Positions 44,701 through 57,600 of a DNA stretch of 64,000 bases are shown here, one piece after another. Made by a program: the position numbers and the translations under genes. Under the pieces are notes generated by a model that was given only the letters and a program-made list of their open reading frames with translations, was not told the DNA's origin and did no database searches. The DNA comes from the human T2T-CHM13v2.0 reference genome, Homo sapiens, in the NCBI RefSeq assembly GCF_009914755.1, contig NC_060925.1. The stretch is one strand, 5' to 3'. Within the stretch, counting starts at the first letter, position 1. Each line of letters opens with the position of its first letter.

Positions 44701-47700
44701 TCATCAATTGGTATTGAATGGAATTGTCATCAAATGGAATTCAAGGGAATCATCATCAAATGGAACCGAATGGAATCCTCATTGAATGGAAATGAAAGGG
44801 GTCATCATCTAATGGAATCGCATGGAATCATCATCAAATGGAATCGAATGGAATCATCATCAAATGGAATCTAATGGAATCATTGAACAGAATTGAATGG
44901 AATCGTCATCGAATGAATTGAATGCAATCATCGAATGGTCTCGAATGGAATCATCTTCTAATGGAAAGGAATGGAATCATCGCATAGAATCGAATGGAAT
45001 TATCATCGAATGGAATCGAATGGTATCAACACCAAACGGAAAAAAACGGAATTATCGAATGGAATTGAAGAGAATCTTCGAACGGACCCGAATGGAATCA
45101 TCTAATGGAATGGAATGGAATAATCCATGGACTCGAATGCAATCATCATCGAATGGAATCGAATGGAATCATCGAATGGACTCGAATGGAATAATCATTG
45201 AACGGAATCGAATGGAATCATCATCGGATGGAAACGAATGGAATCATCATCGAATGGAAATGAAAGGAGTCATCATCTAATGGAATTGCATGGAATCATC
45301 ATAAAATGGAATCGAATGGAATCAACATCAAATGGAATCAAATGGAATCATTGAACGGAATTGAATGGAATCGTCATCGAATGAATTGACTGCAATCATC
45401 GAATGGTCTCGAATGGAATCATCTTCAAATGGAATGGAATGGAATCATCGCATAGAATCGAATGGAATTATCATCGAATGGAATGGAATGGAATCAACAT
45501 CAAACGGAAAAAAACGGAATTATCGAATGGAATCGAAGAGAATCATCGAATGGACCCGAATGGAATCATCTAATGGAATGGAATGGAATAATCCATGGAC
45601 TCGAATGCAATCATCATCCAATGGAATCGAATGGAATCATCGAATGGACTCGAATGGAATAATCATTGAACGGAATCGAATGGAATCATCATCGGATGGA
45701 AATGAATGGAATCATCATCGAATGGAATCGAATAGAATTATGGAATGAAATCCAGTGTGATCATCATCGAATGGACCCGAATGGAATCATCATCCAACGG
45801 AAGCTAATGGAATCAACATCGAATGAATCGAATGGAAACACCATCGAATTGAAACGAATGGAATTATCATGAAATTGAAATGGATGGACTCATCATCGAA
45901 TGGATTCGAATGGAATCATCGAATAAAATTGATTGAAATCATCATCGAATGGAATCGAATGGTATCATTGAATGGAATCGAATGGAATCATAATCAGATG
46001 GAAATGAATGGAATCGTCATAGAATGGAATCGAATGGATTCATTGAATGGAATCAGATGGAATCATCGAATGGACTGGAATGGAATCATTGAATGGACTT
46101 GAAAGGGATCATGATTGAATGGAATTGAATGGAATCATCGAATGGTCTCGATTGGAATCATTATCAAATGGAATCGAATGGAATCACCGAATAGAATCGA
46201 ATGGAACAATCATCGAATGGACTCAAATGGAATTATCCTCCAATGGAATCGAATGGAATTATCGAATGCAATCGAATGGAATTATCGAATGCAATCGAAT
46301 AGAATCATCGAATGGACTCGAATGGAATCATCGAATGGAATGGAATGGAACAGTCAATGAACACGAATGGAATCATCATTGAATGGAATCGAATGGAATC
46401 ATCGAGTGGAATCGAATGGAATTATGATCAAATGGAATCGAATGTAATCATCATCAAATGGAATCAAAAATAACCATCATCAATTGGTATTGAATGGAAT
46501 TGTCATCAAATGGAATTCAAAGGAATCATCATCAAATGGAACCGAATGGAATCCTCATTGAATGGAAATGAAAGGGGTCATCGTCTTATGGAATCGCATG
46601 GAATCATCATCAAATGGAATCGAATGGAATCATCATCAAATGGAATCTAATGGAATCATTGAACAGAATTGAATGGAATCGTCATCGAATGAATTGAATG
46701 CAATCATCGAATGGTCTCGAATGGAATCATCTTCTAATGGAAAGGAATGGAATCATCGCATAGAATCGAATGGAATTATCATCGAATGGAATCGAATGGT
46801 ATCAACACCAAACGGAAAAAAACGGAATTATCGAATGGAATCGAAGAGAATCTTCGAACGGACCCGAATGGAATCATCTAATGGAATGGAATGGAATAAT
46901 CCATGGACTCGAATGCAATCATCATCGAATGGAATCGAATGGAATCATCGAATGGACTCGAATGGAATAATCATTGAAAGGAATCGAATGGAATCATCAT
47001 CGGATGGAAACGAATGGAATCATCATCGAATGGAAATGAAAGGAGTCATCATCTAATGCAATTGCATGGAATCATCATCAAATGGAATCGAATGGAATCA
47101 ACATCAAATGGAATCTAATGGAATCATTGAACAGAATTGAATGGAATCGTCATCGAATGAATTGACTGCAATCATCGAATGGTCTCGAATGGAATCATCT
47201 TCAAATGGAATGGAATGGAATCATCGCATAGAATCGAATGGAATTATCATCGAATGGAATCGAATGGAATCAACATCAAACGGAAAAAAACGGAATTATC
47301 GAATGGAATCGAAGAGAATCATCGAATGGACCCGAATGGAATCATCTAATGGAATGGAATGGAATAATCCATGGACTCGAATGCAATCATCATCGAATGG
47401 AATCGAATGGAATCATCGAGTGGACTCGAATGGAATAATCATTGAACGGAATCGAATGGAATCATCATCGGATGGAAATGAATGGAATCATCATCGAATG
47501 GAATCGAATAGAATTATGGAATTAAATCCAGTGTGATCATCATCGAATGGACCCGAATGGAATCATCATCCAACGGAAGCTAATGGAATCAACATCGAAT
47601 GAATCGAATGGAAACACCATCGAATTGAAACGAATGGAATTATCATGAAATTGAAATGGATGGACTCATCATCGAATGGATTCGAATGGAATCATCGAAT

Positions 47701-50700
47701 AAAATTGATTGAAATCATCATCGAATGGAATCGAATGGTATCATTGAATGGAATCGAATGGAATCATCATCAGATGGAAATGAATGGAATCGTCATAGAA
47801 TGGAATCGAATGGATTCATTGAATGGAATCAGATGGAATCATCGAATGGACTGGAATGGAATCATTGAATGGACTTGAAAGGGATCATGATTGAATGGAA
47901 TTGAATGGAATCATCGAATGGTCTCGATTGGAATCATTATCAAATGGAATCGAATGGAATCACCGAATAGAATCGAATGGAACAATCATCGAATGGACTC
48001 AAATGGAATTATCCTCAAATGGAATCGAATGGAATTATCGAATGCAATCGAATGGAATTATCGAATGCAATCGAATAGAATCATCGAATGGACTCGAATG
48101 GAATCATCGAATGGAATGGAATGGAACAGTCAATGAACTCGAATGGAATCATCATTGAATGGAATCGAATGGAATCATCGAGTGGAATCGAATGGAATTA
48201 TGATCAAATGGAATCGAATGTAATCATCATCAAATGGAATCAAAAATAACCATCATCAATTGGTATTGAATGGAATTGTCATCAAATGGAATTCAAGGGA
48301 ATCATCATCAAATGGAACCGAATGGAATCCTCATTGAATGGAAATGAAAGGGGTCATCATCTAATGGAATCGCATGGAATCATCATCAAATGGAATCGAA
48401 TGGAATCATCATCAAATGGAATCTAATGGAATCATTGAACAGAATTGAATGGAATCGTCATCGAATGAATTGAATGCAATCATCGAATGGTCTCGAATGG
48501 AATCATCTTCTAATGGAAAGGAATGGAATCATCGCATAGAATCGAATGGAATTATCATCGAATGGAATCGAATGGTATCAACACCAAACGGAAAAAAACG
48601 GAATTATCGAATGGAATCGAAGAGAATCTTCGAACGGACCCGAATGGAATCATCTAATGGAATGGAATGGAATAATCCATGGACTCGAATGCAATCATCA
48701 TCGAATGGAATCGAATGGAATCATCGAATGGACTCGAATGGAATAATCATTGAACGGAATCGAATGGAATCATCATCGGATGGAAACGAATGGAATCATC
48801 ATCGAATGGAAATGAAAGGAGTCATCATCTAATGGAATTGCATGGAATCATCATAAAATGGAATCGAATGGAATCAACATCAAATGGAATCAAATGGAAT
48901 CATTGAACGGAATTGAATGGAATCGTCATCGAATGAATTGACTGCAATCATCGAATGGTCTCGAATGGAATCATCTTCAAATGGAATGGAATGGAATCAT
49001 CGCATAGAATCGAATGGAATTATCATCGAATGGAATGGAATGGAATCAACATCAAACGGAAAAAAACGGAATTATCGAATGGAATCGAAGAGAATCATCG
49101 AATGGACCCGAATGGAATCATCTAATGGAATGGAATGGAATAATCCATGGACTCGAATGCAATCATCATCCAATGGAATCGAATGGAATCATCGAATGGA
49201 CTCGAATGGAATAATCATTGAACGGAATCGAATGGAATCATCATCGGATGGAAATGAATGGAATCATCATCGAATGGAATCGAATAGAATTATGGAATGA
49301 AATCCAGTGTGATCATCATCGAATGGACCCGAATGGAATCATCATCCAACGGAAGCTAATGGAATCAACATCGAATGAATCGAATGGAAACACCATCGAA
49401 TTGAAACGAATGGAATTATCATGAAATTGAAATGGATGGACTCATCATCGAATGGATTCGAATGGAATCATCGAATAAAATTGATTGAAATCATCATCGA
49501 ATGGAATCGAATGGTATCATTGAATGGAATCGAATGGAATCATAATCAGATGGAAATGAATGGAATCGTCATAGAATGGAATCGAATGGATTCATTGAAT
49601 GGAATCAGATGGAATCATCGAATGGACTGGAATGGAATCATTGAATGGACTTGAAAGGGATCATGATTGAATGGAATTGAATGGAATCATCGAATGGTCT
49701 CGATTGGAATCATTATCAAATGGAATCGAATGGAATCACCGAATAGAATCGAATGGAACAATCATCGAATGGACTCAAATGGAATTATCCTCCAATGGAA
49801 TCGAATGGAATTATCGAATGCAATCGAATGGAATTATCGAATGCAATCGAATAGAATCATCGAATGGACTCGAATGGAATCATCGAATGGAATGGAATGG
49901 AACAGTCAATGAACACGAATGGAATCATCATTGAATGGAATCGAATGGAATCATCGAGTGGAATCGAATGGAATTATGATCAAATGGAATCGAATGTAAT
50001 CATCATCAAATGGAATCAAAAATAACCATCATCAATTGGTATTGAATGGAATTGTCATCAAATGGAATTCAAAGGAATCATCATCAAATGGAACCGAATG
50101 GAATCCTCATTGAATGGAAATGAAAGGGGTCATCGTCTTATGGAATCGCATGGAATCATCATCAAATGGAATCGAATGGAATCATCATCAAATGGAATCT
50201 AATGGAATCATTGAACAGAATTGAATGGAATCGTCATCGAATGAATTGAATGCAATCATCGAATGGTCTCGAATGGAATCATCTTCTAATGGAAAGGAAT
50301 GGAATCATCGCATAGAATCGAATGGAATTATCATCGAATGGAATCGAATGGTATCAACACCAAACGGAAAAAAACGGAATTATCGAATGGAATCGAAGAG
50401 AATCTTCGAACGGACCCGAATGGAATCATCTAATGGAATGGAATGGAATAATCCATGGACTCGAATGCAATCATCATCGAATGGAATCGAATGGAATCAT
50501 CGAATGGACTCGAATGGAATAATCATTGAAAGGAATCGAATGGAATCATCATCGGATGGAAACGAATGGAATCATCATCGAATGGAAATGAAAGGAGTCA
50601 TCATCTAATGCAATTGCATGGAATCATCATCAAATGGAATCGAATGGAATCAACATCAAATGGAATCTAATGGAATCATTGAACAGAATTGAATGGAATC

Positions 50701-51847
50701 GTCATCGAATGAATTGACTGCAATCATCGAATGGTCTCGAATGGAATCATCTTCAAATGGAATGGAATGGAATCATCGCATAGAATCGAATGGAATTATC
50801 ATCGAATGGAATCGAATGGAATCAACATCAAACGGAAAAAAACGGAATTATCGAATGGAATCGAAGAGAATCATCGAATGGACCCGAATGGAATCATCTA
50901 ATGGAATGGAATGGAATAATCCATGGACTCGAATGCAATCATCATCGAATGGAATCGAATGGAATCATCGAGTGGACTCGAATGGAATAATCATTGAACG
51001 GAATCGAATGGAATCATCATCGGATGGAAATGAATGGAATCATCATCGAATGGAATCGAATAGAATTATGGAATTAAATCCAGTGTGATCATCATCGAAT
51101 GGACCCGAATGGAATCATCATCCAACGGAAGCTAATGGAATCAACATCGAATGAATCGAATGGAAACACCATCGAATTGAAACGAATGGAATTATCATGA
51201 AATTGAAATGGATGGACTCATCATCGAATGGATTCGAATGGAATCATCGAATAAAATTGATTGAAATCATCATCGAATGGAATCGAATGGTATCATTGAA
51301 TGGAATCGAATGGAATCATCATCAGATGGAAATGAATGGAATCGTCATAGAATGGAATCGAATGGATTCATTGAATGGAATCAGATGGAATCATCGAATG
51401 GACTGGAATGGAATCATTGAATGGACTCGAAAGGGATCATGATTGAATGGAATTGAATGGAATCATCGAATGGTCTCGATTGGAATCATTATCAAATGGA
51501 ATCGAATGGAATCACCGAATAGAATCGAATGGAACAATCATCGAATGGACTCAAATGGAATTATCCTCAAATGGAATCGAATGGAATTATCGAATGCAAT
51601 CGAATGGAATTATCGAATGCAATCGAATAGAATCATCGAATGGACTCGAATGGAATCATCGAATGGAATGGAATGGAACAGTCAATGAACTCGAATGGAA
51701 TCATCATTGAATGGAATCGAATGGAATCATCGAGTGGAATCGAATGGAATTATGATCAAATGGAATCGAATGTAATCATCATCAAATGGAATCAAAAATA
51801 ACCATCATCAATTGGTATTGAATGGAATTGTCATCAAATGGAATTCA
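41800..51847 (+). repeat. Dimeric super-repeat, period 3552 bp (2x1776), about 2.8 copies
   Basis: GGAATTAAATCC at ~43966/47518/51070, GTCTTATGG at ~43031/46583/50135 and CATAATCAG at ~42437/45989/49541. Confidence 0.88.
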
Positions 51848-52000
51848 AAGGAATCATCATCAAATGGAACCGAATGGAATCCTCATTGAATGGAAATGAA
51901 AGGGGTCATCATCTAATGGAATCGCATGGAATCATCATCAAATGGAATCGAATGGAATCATCATCAAATGGAATCTAATGGAATCATTGAACAGAATTGA

Positions 52001-53063
52001 ATGGAATCGTCATCGAATGAATTGAATGCAATCATCGAATGGTCTCGAATGGAATCATCTTCTAATGGAAAGGAATGGAATCATCGCATAGAATCGAATG
52101 GAATTATCATCGAATGGAATCGAATGGTATCAACACCAAACGGAAAAAAACGGAATTATCGAATGGAATCGAAGAGAATCTTCGAACGGACCCGAATGGA
52201 ATCATCTAATGGAATGGAATGGAATAATCCATGGACTCGAATGCAATCATCATCGAATGGAATAGAATGGAATCATCGAATGGACTCGAATGGAATAATC
52301 ATTGAACGGAATCGAATGGAATCATCATCGGATGGAAACGAATGGAATCATCATCGAATGGAAATGAAAGGAGTCATCATCTAATGGAATTGCATGGAAT
52401 CATCATAAAATGGAATCGAATGGAATCAACATCAAATCGAATCAAACGGAATCATTGAACGGAATTGAATGGAATCGTCATCGAATGAATTGACTGCAAT
52501 CATCGAATGGTCTCGAATGGAATCATCTTCAAATGGAATGGAATGGAATCATCGCATAGAATCGAATGGAATTATCACCGAAAGCAATTGAATGGAATCA
52601 ACATCAAACGGAAAAAAACGGAATTATCGAATGGAATCGAAGAGAATCATCGAATGGACCCGAATGGAATCATCTAATGGAATGGAATGGAATAATCCAT
52701 GGACTCGAATGCAATCATCATCGAATGGAATCGAATGGAATCATCGAATGAACTCGAATGGAATCATCATTGAATGGAATCGAATGGAATCATCGAGTGG
52801 AATCGAATGGAATTATGATCAAATGGAATCGAATGTAATCATCATCAAATGGAATCAAAAATAACCATCATCAATTGGTATTCAATGGAATTGTCATCAA
52901 ATGGAATTCAAAGGAATCATCATCAAATGGAACCGAATGGAATCCTCATTGAATGGAAATGAAAGGGGTCATCATCTAATGGAATCACATGGAATCATCA
53001 TCAAATTGAAACGAATGGAATCTTCATCAAATGGAATCTAATGGAATCATTGAACAGAATTGA
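52001..53063 (+). repeat. 1063-bp variant unit, copy 5
   Basis: Same junction at about 52747-52751. Confidence 0.92.
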
Positions 53064-54619
53064 ATGGAATCGTCATCGAATGAATTGAATGCAATCATCG
53101 AATGGTCTCGAATGGAATCATCTTCTAATGGAAAGGAATGGAATCATCGCATAGAATCGAATGGAATTATCATCGAATGGAATCGAATGGTATCCACACC
53201 AAACGGAAAAAAACGGAATTATCGAAAGGAATCGAAGAGAATCTTCGAACGGACCCGAATGGAATCATCTAATGGAATGGAATGGAATAATCCATGGACT
53301 CGAATGCAATCATCATCGAATGGAATCGAATGGAATCATCGAATGGACTCGAATGGAATAATCATTGAACGGAATCGAATGGAATCATCATCGGATGGAA
53401 ACGAATGGAATCATCATCGAATGGAAATGAAAGGAGTCATCATCTAATGCAATTGCATGGAATCATCATCAAATGGAATCGAATGGAATCAACATCAAAT
53501 GGAATCTAATGGAATCATTGAACAGAATTGAATGGAATCGTCATCGAATGAATTGACTGCAATCATCGAATGGTCTCGAATGGAATCATCTTCAAATGGA
53601 ATGGAATGGAATCATCGCATAGAATCGAATGGAATTATCATCGAATGGAATCGAATGGAATCAACATCAAACGGAAAAAAACGGAATTATCGAATGGAAT
53701 CGAAGAGAATCATCGAATGGACCCGAATGGAATCATCTAATGGAATGGAATGGAATAATCCATGGACTCGAATGCAATCATCATCGAATGGAATCGAATG
53801 GAATCATCGAATGGACTCGAATGGAATAATCATTGAACGGAATCGAATGGAATCATCATCAGATGGAAATGAATGGAATCATCATCGAATGGAATCGAAT
53901 AGAATTGTGGAATGAAATCCAGTGTGATCATCATCGAATGGACCCGAATGGAATCATCATCCAAAGGAAGCTAATGGAATCAACATCGAATGAATCAAAT
54001 GGAAACACCATCGAATTGAAACGAATGGAATTATCATGAAATTGAAATGGATGGACTCATCATCGAATGGATTCGAATGGAATCATCGAATAAAATTGAT
54101 TGAAATCATCATCGAATGGAATCGAATGGTATCATTGAATGGAATCGAATGGAATCATCATCAGATGGAAATGAATGGAATCGTCATAGAATGGAATCGA
54201 ATGGATTCATTGAATGGAATCAGATGGAATCATCGAATGGACTGGAATGGAATCATTGAATGGACTCGAAAGGGATCATGATTGAATGGAATTGAATGGA
54301 ATCATCGAATGGTCTCGATTGGAATCATTATCAAATGGAATCGAATGGAATCACCGAATAGAATCGAATGGAACAATCATCGAATGGACTCAAATGGAAT
54401 TATCCTCAAATGGAATCGAATGGAATTATCGAATGCAATCGAATGGAATTATCGAATGCAATCGAATAGAATGATCGAATGGACTCGAATGGAATCATCG
54501 AATGGAATGCAATGGAACAGTCAATGAACTCGAATGGAATCATCATTGAATGGAATGGAATGGAATCATCGATTGGAATCGAATGGAATTATGATCAAAT
54601 GGAATCGAATGTAATCCTC

Positions 54620-57600
54620 ATCAAATGGAATCAAAAATAACCATCATCAATTGGTATTGAATGGAATTGTCATCAAATGGAATTCAAAGGAATCATCATC
54701 AAATGGAACCGAATGGAATCCTCATTGAATGGAAATGAAAGGGGTCATCATCTAATGGAATCGCATGGAATCATCATCAAATGGAATCGAATGGAATCAT
54801 CATCAAATGGAATCTAATGGAATCATTGAACAGAATTGAATGGAATCGTCATCGAATGAATTGAATGCAATCATCGAATGGTCTCGAATGGAATCATCTT
54901 CTAATGGAAAGGAATGGAATCATCGCATAGAATCGAATGGAATTATCATCGAATGGAATCGAATGGTATCAACACCAAACGGAAAAAAACGGAATTATCG
55001 AATGGAATCGAAGAGAATCTTCGAACGGACCCGAATGGAATCATCTAATGGAATGGAATGGAATAATCCATGGACTCGAATGCAATCATCATCGAATGGA
55101 ATCGAATGGAATCATCGAATGGACTCGAATGGAATAATCATTGAACGGAATCGAATGGAATCATCATCGGATGGAAACGAATGGAATCATCATCGAATGG
55201 AAATGAAAGGAGTCATCATCTAATGGAATTGCATGGAATCATCATAAAATGGAATCGAATGGAATCAACATCAAATGGAATCAAATGGAATCATTGAACG
55301 GAATTGAATGGAATCGTCATCGAATGAATTGACTGCAATCATCCAATGGTCTCGAATGGAATCATCTTCAAATGGAATGGAATGGAATCATCGCATAGAA
55401 TCGAATGGAATTATCATCGAATGGAATCGAATGGAATCAACATCAAACGGAAAAAAACGGAATTATCGAATGGAATCGAAGAGAATCATCGAATGGACCC
55501 GAATGGAATCATCTAATGGAATGGAATGGAATAATCCATGGACTCGAATGCAATCATCATCCAATGGAATCGAATGGAATCATCGAATGGACTCGAATGG
55601 AATAATCATTGAACGGAATCGAATGGAATCATCATCGGATGGAAATGAATGGAATCATCATCGAATGGAATCGAATAGAATTATGGAATGAAATCCAGTG
55701 TGATCATCATCGAATGGACCCGAATGGAATCATCATCCAACGGAAGCTAATGGAATCAACATCGAATGAATCGAATGGAAACACCATCGAATTGAAACGA
55801 ATGGAATTATCATGAAATTGAAATGGATGGACTCATCATCGAATGGATTCGAATGGAATCATGGAATAAAATTGATGGAAATCATCATCCAATGGAATCG
55901 AATGGTATCATTGAATGGAATCGAATGGAATCATCATCAGATGGAAATGAATGGAATCGTCATAGAATGGAATCGAATGGATTCATTGAATGGAATCAGA
56001 TGGAATCATCGAATGGACTGGAATGGAATCATTGAATGGACTCGAAAGGGATCATGATTGAATGGAATTGAATGGAATCATCGAATGGTCTCGATTGGAA
56101 TCATTATCAAATGGAATCGAATGGAATCACCGAATAGAATCGAATGGAACAATCATCGAATGGACTCAAATGGAATTATCCTCCAATGGAATGGAATGGA
56201 ATTATCGAATGCAATCGAATGGAATTATCGAATGCAATCGAATAGAATCATCGAATGGACTCGAATGGAATCATCGAATGGAATGGAATGGAACAGTCAA
56301 TGAACTCGAATGGAATCATCATTGAATGGAATCGAATGGAATCATCGAGTGGAATCGAATGGAATTATGATCAAATGGAATCGAATGTAATCATCATCAA
56401 ATGGAATCAAAAATAACCATCATCAATTGGTATTGAATGGAATTGTCATCAAATGGAATTCAAAGGAATCATCATCAAATGGAACCGAATGGAATCCTCA
56501 TTGAATGGAAATGAAAGGGGTCATCATCTAATGGAATCGCATGGAATCATCATCAAATGGAATCGAATGGAATCATCATCAAATGGAATCTAATGGAATC
56601 ATTGAACAGAATTGAATGGAATCGTCATCGAATGAATTGAATGCAATCATCGAATGGTCTCGAATGGAATCATCTTCTAATGGAAAGGAATGGAATCATC
56701 GCATAGAATCGAATGGAATTATCATCGAATGGAATCGAATGGTATCAACACCAAACGGAAAAAAACGGAATTATCGAATGGAATCGAAGAGAATCTTCGA
56801 ACGGACCCGAATGGAATCATCTAATGGAATGGAATGGAATAATCCATGGACTCGAATGCAATCATCATCGAATGGAATCGAATGGAATCATCGAATGGAC
56901 TCGAATGGAATAATCATTGAACGGAATCGAATGGAATCATCATCGGATGGAAACGAATGGAATCATCATCGAATGGAAATGAAAGGAGTCATCATCTAAT
57001 GGAATTGCATGGAATCATCATAAAATGGAATCGAATGGAATCAACATCAAATGGAATCAAATGGAATCATTGAACGGAATTGAATGGAATCGTCATCGAA
57101 TGAATTGACTGCAATCATCCAATGGTCTCGAATGGAATCATCTTCAAATGGAATGGAATGGAATCATCGCATAGAATCGAATGGAATTATCATCGAATGG
57201 AATCGAATGGAATCAACATCAAACGGAAAAAAACGGAATTATCGAATGGAATCGAAGAGAATCATCGAATGGACCCGAATGGAATCATCTAATGGAATGG
57301 AATGGAATAATCCATGGACTCGAATGCAATCATCATCCAATGGAATCGAATGGAATCATCGAATGGACTCGAATGGAATAATCATTGAACGGAATCGAAT
57401 GGAATCATCATCGGATGGAAATGAATGGAATCATCATCGAATGGAATCGAATAGAATTATGGAATGAAATCCAGTGTGATCATCATCGAATGGACCCGAA
57501 TGGAATCATCATCCAACGGAAGCTAATGGAATCAACATCGAATGAATCGAATGGAAACACCATCGAATTGAAACGAATGGAATTATCATGAAATTGAAAT

